From Vitrella brassicaformis CCMP3155 (taxonomy: Eukaryota > Protista > Chromerida), in the NCBI GenBank assembly GCA_001179505.1, contig CDMY01000104.1:1-64000 (forward strand): DNA of 64,000 nt. The letters run 5' to 3'. Both the position numbers and the translations under genes were made by a program. Below the pieces are notes generated by a model. That model did not search any database and was not told where the DNA came from. It saw only the letters and a list, made by a program, of their open reading frames with translations. Of this stretch, positions 50,159 to 61,302 are shown piece by piece (the stretch's first letter is position 1; each line of letters begins with the position of its first letter).

Positions 50159-52720
50159 TCACTCACTCAGAGCTTGCTGTCTCTGCAACTCGTCCAGGAG
50201 CGCCGCGTGCCTCTCAGCCTCGCTCTGCTGCTGCTGTCCGGTGGAGGGGACGTTGGCGGTGTGGAGCGCCTCTAGAGGGTGCAGCTGCACAAGCGGGCCT
50301 GAGACCATCCATGTGTCCGCCCGATAGAAGGTCAGAGAGAGGCACATGCATGCATTCGTCACATTGTTTGTGCATACCCGATAGAGTTGAAAACATTGAT
50401 GACCGCCTTCTTCTCTCCGTCCTTCCCGTCGGAGCCCCCTCCTCTCCCGCTGCCCGCGCCCTTTGGTGTGGCGTGAGGGGGAGAGTTGGCAGGGACGACG
50501 CCTGAGCCGTGTCCCCATGCTGTTCCCGCATCTCTCTCAGATGCTTGACAGCCTCCATGCTCTTGATGAGGGCCGTCAGGCGGCTTGCGATAAGCTCATC
50601 TATCGTGTCAACGATCTCTCTCTTCAGCGTCTCTTCGCCATGGGGGGCATCACCCCCACTGGCATCCAGTGGAGGCGTGGGCGCGACGGGCTGCGGCTGA
50701 TAGCGGGGTGAGACGATGCTCTCGAGGGCGACGTACGAGTGTGATCCACTCTGCCGTCTGGGTGAGCGGTCGACGAAGGTGCTGCCCCTCCTCATCGAGG
50801 CCGGTTTGGACAGCGGGCCTGACTGAGGGGGGGGTGGCGACCCCCGTGCCTGACTCAGGATGGCCGCCAGGTCTTGTGTGCCCGCACTCATGGGCGGGCG
50901 ATGCCGGTGCCTGCACACACACATTCATGTGACGGCGAGGCATGAAAACGCGGATATACTTAAGGAAGACCTCACCTGACGAAGACGCCGGCTTTCTCGC
51001 CAGGTGGCGATGTCAGCGAGTGGCGCGGTGACTTGTCGTCGCCGCCCCAAGACTTGACGGACTGCGGGCTGCCTGGCGGGCTGCCGCCCTTTGCCTCCGG
51101 AGGTTTCTCGGGCACTACCACCGTCAGTCTGCGGCTGCCCTTCGGTGACGACGGCGCCGGCTGCCTCTTGTCCTCGGCTGACGTGGCAGACACCACCTCC
51201 GCCTCTGATGTGCTGTTGGCGATCGCTGCCGCGCTCGAGGTCACTGCATTTCCCACCACGTGGTCCATGCCCTCTTTCCCCCCCTCGTCAGATACATCCT
51301 CCTTTTTTGCCGTCTGCCTGTCTGCTGGTTTGCGGGGCTGCATGGGCGGCAGGCCGGCGTTGAGTAGGAACCGTGTGCCGTACGGCTCGTCGTTTGCGAT
51401 TGCGATGAAGGTGCGACGAAGTGCGAGCCGGATTTGAAACTTGCGGATGCGGGCAGCTTCTTCGGGGAAGTCGAGGAGGATGTTACCGAGCTCGTCACGT
51501 GGCAAAAACAACACTTCGACATATGTGAGTGCGATGGCAGCGTGCCGATCCATGAGCTCCCACTCCGACAGAATGAGATCCTTTCACACACACACACACA
51601 AGAGCGACCATAGCCAAATGTGCCGGCCCTGCGCGTGAGTGTGTTTGCATACCTCGCCCCAGACGGATCCAACGGACATAATTTTGCCGCGACGAGCGGC
51701 CAAACCTGCAATCCAAAGTATGTGTTTGCAAAAGTCATCGATGAAGCGAGACGGTTACCTCTCTGTACGATGTACAGCGTGGCCGCCATGTCGAGGACTT
51801 CCTCCGGTCCATAGGCGAGCGGCTGCAAACTCTTGGCGATCTCCACCACAAACTGATTGTTCGTGCAGTCGCGCAACCACGATACCTGCACACATCAAAC
51901 CGATGTGTGCATCGAAATTGGTGCTTGATGATCGATGGCTGATCAATGACCTTCTGCAGCCACGGTTTGTTCGCCGCCAGGGCCACTTCTCCCTGCAGCT
52001 GGGGAGACATCTGAGCAGGCAGGAGACACAGACTGTCTCTCTGGGCCTGTCTGTGTCTATGCGTCTGTTTGTATGTGTGACCTTTGTTTCTACCTTGTCG
52101 ATGAGTGTGCGATGAGAGATGAGCCGCTGCAGGTGATGGGCGTTCTGAAAGTACGTCCGAAGCCGCACCTGCAGATTAGGCTCGAGCCTTCTGTCTCGCA
52201 TCATGTCATTGAGATCATCCATAGTGCGCTGATACTCGTGCGTGTGGATGTCGATGTTGGTAATGATATTGACTGCGTTACCGATGATGTACGCCCTGAA
52301 CAATCAATCGACACGCACATCACATCACATCACGTCACATCACATAGGCTGGGCTGGCTCTCAAATCAAGCGTGTCGTGTGTGTCGTTCGTCCCCACCAT
52401 ATCATCCCTCCAATGAGCATACACACCACACACACGCCGTACTCGATGTACGTGAATGGCACAATGTCACCTGAATGCAGTGCACCAAACAAACAGGGAA
52501 GCAACTACGCTCAGCTGGATATGCCTCTCCGTCGGTCCGTCCGTCTGAATGCGCGTACCGTAGCCAATGGATGTGAGCGTCATGAAGGACCAATAGAGTG
52601 AGACGAGGTAGATTTGCCAGGCCGCCGCGATGTGCGGTTCGGGTTTGTCCTCGAGCAGGGCCACAAGCCAAGTGACATCATCCTCCTCACCCTTGTCATA
52701 CCCTGTGTGTGTGTGGATGC

Positions 52721-52755
<35 letters not shown>

Positions 52756-54096
52756 AGAGACAGAGAGTGGGCAATCAGTCAATCAGTCAAGCAAGGAAAC
52801 GCATACCACTGACTGACTCACTTGCGAGGAATGCCCAGGTGCATGCCATCCAGTGGCCGCTGAAGACGGTCAGCAGCACAAACTTCCACAAGGCAATGCT
52901 CTGATAGCTCAGACCGCTCTTCGCCTCCCACCTGCATGCCCACAACACCACGCCATCCATCCATCCATCCACCGCGAATCCTTTTGGTCACATTGCACCT
53001 ACCTCTGCAGCAGCCGCTGCGCCCGCAGGAGTCTCGCCAGCTTGAGCAATCGAAGCAGCTTGAACAGCCGCAGCACCTTGACCTCGTCTCTCAGGTCGAG
53101 CACCAGGAGGGCGATGTCGAAGGGGATCACCGAGAGGAGGTCGATGGTGAACCACGAGGAGAGGTACCGATGTGCGATCTTCTTGCGGTCGTACACCCAT
53201 CCGTGAGGGGATTTGTACATGAGATTGAAGTTGATGGCGATGTGCGCCCAGAACGCCACGTCGACAAAACGGTTAATGCCGAAGTAGACGTCCAGTTTTG
53301 TCGGCAGCAATCCCACTTCATAGGGGGTCCATGTGCCCGTGAACAGCAGCAGGACGATCATCAGCTGATCCCAAAAGCGCATAAAGCTCGAGTTGGGGTC
53401 CAGCACCCGCCCCTGCCTCACCCGCTGACGCAGCACAGCCAGTTGATCACGAAAGGCCAGCTTCTGGGGCAAGCTCTGAGTCGACCCACGGGCCGGAGCC
53501 AACAGAATCGGCTCACCCAGCCGGAACTTCTTGTCATGTTTTTCCATAGGCGACGGATCCGAGTGGCGTCTCTTGTCGTCGTGCTGTGAGTACTTCTTGC
53601 TCCTGGGAGACAGCGCGAGCACCGACAGGCCTCGGGAGAAGTTCGGCAGCCATGACTGGGGCCATGCGCTGCTCCAGCCGTCACTCAGAGCCTTGCGAAG
53701 CCTCTGTAGACCCGTCGGTCTTGCGCGTCCCGCGGCTGTAGGGGTCGGGGCAGACTTGGACCCCCGCGGTTCACCATGTTCTGCGACCGTCTCCAGGCGG
53801 ACCTTGTCTGCCTCCCTCTCGAGCGCATGCTCACAAGACTGCCGTGGTGACGAGCTGCTGAGGATAATCGGCGTGAGCGAGTGATGAGGAATTGTCCGAG
53901 TGCTGCTGTGCTCCGAGAAGTGGGACCGGACAGACGACTGCGTGGCGTGGCCTTCGTCGCCAGCCGCTGGTCTGGGCGCCATGTTCAGCTTGCCGCCTGC
54001 TTGAAGTCTGGCGGGGCCCCGCCTGCCATCCGAATGAGGGGAACTGGATGGCGATGAACCCCCCCGGAAGCTGCCGAGAGCGGCTTGCGCAAACAT
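50159..54096 (-). CDS. Voltage-gated K+ channel with C-linker and cyclic-nucleotide-binding(-homology) domain (KCNH/CNG superfamily)
   Basis: S1-S4 (FWDQLMIVLLLF..LRLFKLLRLLKLARLLR), pore YWSFMTLTSIGYG, C-linker, CNBD exons (YIVQRG/LAARRGKIMSVGSVWGE/DLIL..ALTYVEVLFL). Confidence 0.92.
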
Positions 54097-54210
54097 CGAT
54101 GGTGCCGGACGGATTGATGCACGAGGATGAAAGGAGACGGGGGGCTACTTGGGGGCTGCGAGCTCGAAGACGGGAAAAGGGATGGTGCGGTCTTGAGGAC
54201 GGCTGCTGTG

Positions 54211-55992
54211 ATGGAGCTGAGGACATCCGAGTCGCCTCTTGGCGCCATCCGGCACCGCATAGCCAAGCCAGCATCCCTTTCTTTCGGCCTCTGGACACAC
54301 GAGGAGGACACCGGCACAACAACAAAGGTGCTTCCCTTCCATGTACGTATCCTTCCACACTGCGTGCTGGCCGCTTCTTCTGCCATCCCGCTGCTCGGCC
54401 TTCTTTTTCTTCTGCCATCGGTGGTCGGTAACCACGCACTCCACGCGAAGAAGGAGAGCCAAGGACGACAAACGTTTTTGTATTGGTATGTGCGCCGCGC
54501 CCGTGTGTGCGGTGGTGCAGGCTCCCCTGTCGTCGGCCGTCGGTGTGGTCCACTGGGTGATGGCGGTGTGGACAACAGTGCAGTTCGTCTACAACTTCTG
54601 CATGGCTGCCTTCCACCAGCCGGGGTGGGTGACGCAGAGGCACCAGCCGAGCGCAGACCAGACCTTCGTGATAGGTCAGTCAGCGAGTCAAGTCAAGTCA
54701 GGAAGGAGAGGAGGGAGCAGCGCACGCTGCGTGTTGTGTGTGTTGTGTTGTGCAGGTCCTTATCGTTACGCCCCTCGTCAATGTGACGTGTGTGGTCTGT
54801 TGAAGCCGCCGCGCGCTCGGCACTGCAGTGCGCTGGGCCGGTGTGTGCTGCGGATGGACCACTGGTGCCCATGGATGTAAGTGACCCTGCCGAGGGCAGA
54901 ATGTGTCTGTGGGATTGTCATGTCATGCGTGTGTCAGAGGCAACGCGGTTGGGCTATGCAATCACGGGCACTTTGTGCTGATCTTTGTCTTTGGGCTGTT
55001 GGGCTGCCTGCACGTCATTCTGCTGGTGGGTGGGGGTGGGTGGGTAACCTACCCTAATGGCTGGATTGATAATGGATGCCATCAAACCGACCTGCCTGCC
55101 TGCTCAGGTGGCTCTGCACACTGCATTCGCCGCTCACGACATCGAAGCGGCTGCACACTCATCAATAGCCAGGTGGGCTGACAACCGCACACCCGTGAGT
55201 GCGTATTGGTCCCCATCGTTCGGCCTTGCGTGTCTGTCTTGCAGGTGGGCGTTGCGCTACACCGGTGGCGGCATCACCAGCACCATGATGGCGCTGCACC
55301 TTCACGTCCTGGCTTGGCTCGGGTGGGAGAGCGCACTGCTGCTGGCTGGGGCCTTTCTCGCGCTGCTTGTCATTTCTGCCGTCGGCGGACAGCAGCTGTA
55401 TCACGTGTGGACGGGGCAGACAGTCATCGAGGCCACTGGGTTCGGCTCTCCTGAGTTTGTGGAGGTCAAGCCCAACGTGTGGAGCCCCCTGCCCCACCGT
55501 TTCTACGACCGGGGGCCGGCAGAAAACATCAGGAGCATACTCGGGGATCTTCCCGTCATGCGTCTCCTACTCCCCATTTCTGGTGTGTCTGCACAGCAGC
55601 TGCAAAACTGTATACATGCAACACAAGTGTGCATGTGTTGTGTGCATATATCGCCACTCTCGATCTGTGTGCCTGGTTGCTTGTCAGGTCGGTTTCCGCC
55701 CGGTGCAGGGGTTCACTTCGTGCCGCTTCCCTCCCGCCTGGCGTCTCTCGGCCGCAGAATGAGCTACACCGTCCGTGGGACGCAGAAGCAGCCTGCCCAC
55801 GACAACCACGGGCACTCTGTGCTGCCCTCCCCTGAGCGGCCAACCTCGCCCGACTTTTTGGGATCTGACACAACGGCCTCGCCTTCTTGTCACTCGACCA
55901 CGCCCAATCCGGGCACGTCGCCGGCATTTTCCCCTCTGCCGCAGGCCGAGATGATTGCCGGGGGGGATGAGGGTATGGGCAGGGGAGGATGA
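54211..55992 (+). CDS. DHHC-family S-palmitoyltransferase with variant DHWC motif
   Basis: CDVCGLLKPPRARHCSALGRCVLRMDHWCPW / IGNAVGLCNHGHFVLIF with flanking TM helices; late exon HRFYDRGPAENIRSILG. Confidence 0.85.
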
Positions 55993-56968
55993 CAGACAAT
56001 CAATTGACATGGATGGCGAGTGGAGAGGAGAGGAGCGACTGTGACGGTGACGGCTTTTTCTCTGTCACATACCATACACACAGTGAGAACGAGAGCTATA
56101 TAGTCAGGGAGAGACAGACTGGCTGCATTGGCCAGTGGACACCTCACATCAATGCATTCCTTCGTTCGTTGGTGCGGTGGTTTTTCAAGTAAGCGATTGA
56201 TGCGTGCGGAAACGAGTATGTCCGTCCGTCCGTCCGTCGTGGCGGCTTTTTGTGGGGTGGGTGGTGGCACGCACCGGTGTTTAAGTAAGTGACGGAGTGA
56301 GTTTCGTGTGTGTAGATAGCTGAAGTGGGAACGGTCGATTGGTTGGCACGGCAAAGGGGTGGTGGTGCAGGTGGATCTATGTGAATACGGTGGATGGACG
56401 GATGTGGCTGACGGGGAGGGGATGTGTCTGTTTGTTGTCTGTGTTGGTTCTCTTGTCAGCTGCGTGTGTGTGGTGATGGACGGTGGAAAGACGCGACCTG
56501 TGCGGTGTTGTGTGTATGTTAAGTTAACGAGTGCCAATTCGTCCGCCTAAGCGTGGGTACGGTACATGAAGCACATGCATTCAATAGCCTCCTGGCAGGG
56601 CGGGCGCGATACGATGCGCCCGTCAGTCAGTCAGCATCTACGCATCCATCGAGTCGACTACCCCATTGCGCAGCGCACACAAAAAGTCGTGTCTGTCCGC
56701 CGTGATGTGATGGATATGTACACAAACACAAAGACAAACAAACAAGGCAACAGGACAGGCGCCACCTGTCATGACTAGGCAGACCACGCGGGAGCAGAGC
56801 AAAAAGCGGAGCAGATGTCTGCCTGCCTGCCTGCCTCTCTCTAACCCACTTCTCTCGCGCCTCCTACAATCGTTGCATGCCCTCCTTAATTAACGCCCCC
56901 CCCGCACCTATCAGTATGCGCGCTTCGCTAGGTACCCTCCCTCCCTCCCTCCCTCGTGTGATTTCTCT

Positions 56969-57727
56969 TCAGTCGCCGCCCAGTCTGTACCCACGGCCTC
57001 CGAACTGTCTGGGTGGTGGTGGTGGAGCGGCCCTGCCGGCCTGCCCGCCGGCCGCCGCTGGTCGGCCGCCCTCCTGCACTGCGATCATGAACTGGTCGAT
57101 GAAGCCGGGCGTCTTGAGGAGGGTCATGCCGTTTTCAGCCGGCAGGACCTCCTTGAGGAAATAGTAGGTGTGTCCGGCGGCCACGCCCAGAAGGTCGCCC
57201 CACGGCGAGCCACCCAGGAGCATGTTGAAGAACATAAGGGCCCAGGGGAGCTGGTAGCCCTGGATGGAGAAGCCCCAGTAGGTGAGCTGCGCCCAGGCCT
57301 CCCGCCGGCTCCAGTAGTAGATGATGGCCATGAGGAGCGAGGAGAAGTTCATCGGCAGCCCGTTGGGCCACGCGAGGGCGCAGCTGAGCCCGTCGATGGT
57401 GAGCATGTTGATGAGGAGGAAGAAGAGGTAGCTGCCGGGGGTGCCCTGGCTGGTGAAGCACTCGTTCCTCTCCAGGCGGCCCGAGAAGGTGATGAAGAAG
57501 TAGAGGTTGAAGACGAAAGGAAAGCCGAATTGGCCGATATAGAGGTAGTTGGTGATGGGCCGCCAGATGTGCAGACGGCTGACGACGAGCGGCCAGTTGA
57601 GCAGCAGCACTGAGGGATTGAACAGCTTCAGCTGGGTCACAAGCGTCAGGCAGAAGAAGACGGTCGTCAGCACGCGGGAGAGGAACGGAATACCAAAGTA
57701 GAAACCCTCTATCGTCGTGCCTTCCAT
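56969..57727 (-). CDS. DER1: Derlin (DER1-like ERAD protein), intronless
   Basis: IPFLSR..LHIWRPITNYLY..GRLE..YYWSRR..IQGYQLPW..DLLGVAAGHTYYFL and a C-terminal SHP-like FGGRGYRLG. Confidence 0.92.
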   Translation of the reverse strand: MEGTTIEGFYFGIPFLSRVLTTVFFCLTLVTQLKLFNPSVLLLNWPLVVSRLHIWRPITNYLYIGQFGFPFVFNLYFFITFSGRLERNECFTSQGTPGSYLFFLLINMLTIDGLSCALAWPNGLPMNFSSLLMAIIYYWSRREAWAQLTYWGFSIQGYQLPWALMFFNMLLGGSPWGDLLGVAAGHTYYFLKEVLPAENGMTLLKTPGFIDQFMIAVQEGGRPAAAGGQAGRAAPPPPPRQFGGRGYRLGGD

Positions 57728-57898
57728 CCTTCCTGGCGGCTGTTTGTGTCTGTGGCCGATGGTCAGAGGGAGGAAACACGAGCCGAAAGTTGTCGAAAAG
57801 TCCCGACCAATTAAGCTAGGGTATCACGCTCCAAAGCGCCACACGTTTTTCTTGCAAGCTCGGCTGCGAGCTCGGTCTTGCTCTCGCCTCTTTTCTCG

Positions 57899-58074
57899 CG
57901 GAGATCTGGCTGATCTGACCACACGGCAGTGCGTCCATGCACCCAAAGTGTCTGTCGTGACGGCAGGAAGCCGAGATCTGCAGCCATCGACGAGACAGAA
58001 ACTGAGACAATCCTGCCAGCCATCACCGACTGCAGATCTGTGTCGGCCACTCCCTGCCACTTCTCCAGATCAGC
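57899..58074 (+). promoter_or_regulatory. snRNA-type upstream region of U2 (shared element; core 58017-58039)
   Basis: Highly similar to the upstream regions of U1 and U4; core CAGCCATCACCGACTGCAGATCT ends 35 nt before U2. Confidence 0.75.
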
Positions 58075-58264
58075 ATACCTTCTCGGCCTTTTGGCTAAGA
58101 TCAAGTGTAGTAACTGTTCTTATCAGTGTGACAGCTGATATTGGTTCATTGAACCATGAATTGTCACAAGAATTCTTTCTCCGGGGAGAGCGGTTGCTCA
58201 GGCTTGCCTGTCGCCCTCTCACGTGTCGCCTCGCCCTTACACTCTACGGTGAGTGTGGCACACC
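58075..58264 (+). ncRNA. U2: U2 snRNA
   Basis: ATACCTTCTCGGCCTTTTGGCTAAGATCAAGTGTAGTA-A-CTGTTCTTATCAG; stems IIa and IIb; IIc pairing TGTGACA/TGTCACA; stems III and IV at ~190 nt. Confidence 0.92.
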
Positions 58265-58549
58265 CTCTTCTGGGCCTTCGGGCCTAACCATCACTCCCAT
58301 CTGACTGATTGCGTAGCTCTCTGACTGCACGTGATGGCCGGTTTGCGTTCGCGCAGCTGGTGAGAAAATCTTCATGTGTGTGTGGCGCTTATGCCCATGT
58401 ATTGCGGACTTGCGTTCCAGCAGTCAGTTTAGGATGATTGCCTCGTCATATGCACCGCAGCTGGCAGCAAATTCCTCCCATCCACAGCCAGTTGATGCAC
58501 TCGCAACACACGCTGACAACACACCAAGTCCTCAGCTCACATTCATCCC

Positions 58550-59215
58550 TACGTGTCATACCACATCACACAACACACACACACAGTCACACAACACACC
58601 AACCATGCGGGCAGAGAGATATGAGTCAGCAGGCAGAGAAGAAATGGACCATTCATCCATTCGATCATGAAGGCACCAGGGAGCGGTGCAATGCTCCTCA
58701 TCTGTGAATTGACTCTCTCGCCCGAGGGCGCCGCTTTCACACGCACAGCGCACACAGCAGGCAGGCAGGCAGGCAGGTTGGTAGGCGGGCCCACAGGAAG
58801 CCCGCCATGTAGTGTCCCAGCCAGATAGCTGCACGAGCAGACACCTATCTGTGCATCAATCACATCAAACCATCCTTCCTTCCTACGCCCGAAGGCGCCA
58901 CTCATTCATTCATCGTGCACGACACACATCCACCACGTACCACACAGCACAGCCACAAAGATAGGCACAGGCAGGAGAGGACGACGGACACAGTCCGTCC
59001 GTACCAATGCATCCCGGAAGGAACGCACCCTCCCACTCGCCCGCCTGCCCGCCCATCCATATACCACAGCCATCCATCCACCACATCCAGACAGCACAGC
59101 CCCAGCTGATTGTCCTGCACGAGCTGAGTGGCCACCACGGCTGGTCGCACGTGTGAGTGAGAAGCCGAGGAGCCGCCAACCGCCCACACGCACGCTGACA
59201 CACGCACATACACAT

Positions 59216-59247
<32 letters not shown>

Positions 59248-59870
59248 CCCACAAGACGCGAAGTGATGACGCCGATTCTCTGGCCGTCCATGAATGCAAC
59301 TGTGCTGTGTCGTGTGCAGCGACCATCTATGACAAGTCTACAGCGCTGCTGCGTCCCCGGCGGACAGCCAGGCAGCTGTCTGAGACCGTGGCTGAATCAC
59401 ATACTCGGCCGGCCTGAATCAGCCAGACACATCAGACGGACGGCCAGACAGACAGACAGATGGACAACTGATATCGCGTGTCGTGACGCGTGTGTGTGTG
59501 TGTGTGTGTGTCTCTGCCTGTCCGCCTGGCTTCTCGCCGCGTCAGCCGATGAGAGTTCCGTACTGCGCGGAGGGAAGCAGAGGGCCACACAAAAGATACA
59601 ACGACCTGCACGTGCACAGGAGGAATACCGGCGCTCATACACATGTGAACGCGCTCATCCCGTGGCGAATCCATTTCGATGTCGGTACATTGGCCGCGGT
59701 TCGAAGGCGGATAGCTCCTCTGCGCGACTCGAAGGCATGATATGAAGGCCAAGGAGGCAGAGAGCTGATGGAGGGGTCAAAGATCTGCCACCAGCTGGCG
59801 AAGGGTGACGAGTTTGAGGACATGCAACGCCTCCTCCGGCAAGCAGCGATGAAATGAGGCTCACCAAGAT
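58550..59870 (-). other. Possible small spliced gene or gene remnant between U2 and U1 (frame unresolved)
   Basis: Alternating non-repetitive blocks and microsatellite intron-like blocks; no recognisable domain. Confidence 0.25.
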
Positions 59871-59904
59871 GCCAAAGCCTCTGTTTTAGCGAGCAGATCC
59901 GTTG

Positions 59905-60080
59905 TCATTGCGAGCTTGATCTTGAACACACGGCAGGGCATCCATGCATCCATAGTGTCTGTCGTGACGGCAGGAAGCCGAGATCTGCAGCCATCGATGA
60001 GACACAAACTGAGACGATCCTGCCAGCCATCACCGACTGCAGATCTATTGCTGCCGGGCCCGTGCTCACAGACTTTGAAT
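59905..60080 (+). promoter_or_regulatory. snRNA-type upstream region of U1 (core 60024-60046)
   Basis: Same element as U2/U4/U5; ends 34 nt before U1. Confidence 0.75.
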
Positions 60081-60237
60081 AAACTTACCTGGCTGGGCCT
60101 CGGGGGCGCTCAAGAAGGCCCCTGTGCTGTCGTGGAGCTCCCATTGCATTCGGGGGTACGTGAAGCGGCATGGGGGGGCTATGCTCCTGCCAACAGCGGA
60201 ATTTCTGGCAGAGCTGGCTTGCGTTCGCGCAGCCGGC
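60081..60237 (+). ncRNA. U1: U1 snRNA
   Basis: 5' AAACTTACCTGG; SL1 loop CTCAAGAAG; SL2 loop ATTGCATT; Sm site AATTTCTG (60200-60207); terminal SL4. Confidence 0.9.
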
Positions 60238-60314
60238 AACAAATGCTGATCTGCCTGCCAGGGTCACCCTTCATCGGAAGCGTGCATATGCGGGATCCAT
60301 GCCATGGCTGTGCG

Positions 60315-60719
60315 TTTCTGTCCGACAGGACGGCATCTTTCGCCACGGATCTCACGAAAGCAGGCGAGAGGTTTGGGTGGTGGGAGGAGCTGGCGTTTCT
60401 GTCCGACAGGACGGCATCTGTCGCCACAGATCTCACGAAAGCAGGCGAGAGGTTCCGGTGGTGGGAGGAGCTGGTGTTTCTGTCCGACAGGACGGCATCT
60501 GTCGCCACGGATCTCACGAAAGCAGGCGAGAGGTTCCGGTGGTGGGAGGAGCTGGCGTTTCTGTCCGACAGGACGGCATCTGTCGCCACGGATCTCACGA
60601 AAGCAGGCGAGAGCTTCCGGTGGTGGGAGGAGCTGGCTTTTCTGTCCGACAGGACGGCATCTGTCGCCACAGATCTCACGAAAGCAGTCGAGAGGTTCCG
60701 GTGGTGGAAGGAGCTGGCG
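60315..60719 (+). repeat. Tandem repeat, 81 bp x 5
   Basis: Unit TTTCTGTCCGACAGGACGGCATCTGTCGCCACGGATCTCACGAAAGCAGGCGAGAGGTTCCGGTGGTGGGAGGAGCTGGCG with few substitutions. Confidence 0.95.
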
Positions 60720-60916
60720 TCCGCGCAGCCGACAACAAAGGCTTCAGTTCCGAGATCTGCCCGTAGGGCATGTGCACGGCTGTGCTTCTCATAAGTACGC
60801 CCGATGGCGCAGGAGGTGTGGATCTCGCCACACAACCCATTCAGCGTGGTTCTGTGACTGGATCTATGCACTACATGAAGCGACGCAGCACCCTCCTCTC
60901 AAGGTACCAATGTTCT

Positions 60917-61035
60917 GTTACGCCCGAAGGCAAAGGAGGGTGCAAAAATTGCGTCAGACGCGTTCACTGTGTCCCACGCACGGCATTCTTTAGTAAAAGG
61001 CGAAAGAATGATGCGAATGAGCGGAACACCACGAT
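60917..61035 (-). ncRNA. U5: U5 snRNA
   Basis: Invariant loop 1 CGCCTTTTACTAAAGA; Sm site AATTTTTG; terminal UUCG hairpin; ~119 nt. Confidence 0.92.
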
Positions 61036-61302
61036 GAATCTCTGCAGACGGAGAGGGGGAGGCGCGCACAGATCTGCAGTCGGTGATGGCTGGCGAGATC
61101 GACCTTATCTGATGCCGCCTTTTCAGGCAGAGATCTTGCTGATCTGAGCATGTGGCTGGCTGTCCGTGCACCCAAAGTGTCTGTCGTGGCGGCAGAGAGG
61201 CGAGATCTGCAGCCATCGACGAGAGACACAGACAATCGGGGCAGTCAGCCATCACCGAGTGCAGATCTGTGTTGAAAGGCCTTCTCTTGCTCGCCTCGGT
61301 GT
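61036..61302. promoter_or_regulatory. Back-to-back snRNA promoters for divergent U5 and U4
   Basis: Core element at 61070-61092 (minus) and 61246-61268 (plus), each ending 34 nt before the respective snRNA. Confidence 0.75.

Noticed and set aside
60315-60719. CRISPR-like or protein-coding reading of the 81-bp array (ORF 59916-60794)
   Set aside because: No unique spacers and a eukaryotic context. The ORF runs through the U1 gene and promoter and stays open only because the unit length is a multiple of 3.
60733-60790. Resemblance to the U11 snRNA 5' region (AAAGGCTTC...CGTAGGGCA)
   Set aside because: No downstream Sm site and no upstream promoter element. The first nucleotides are better explained as the U1-like 3' flank.
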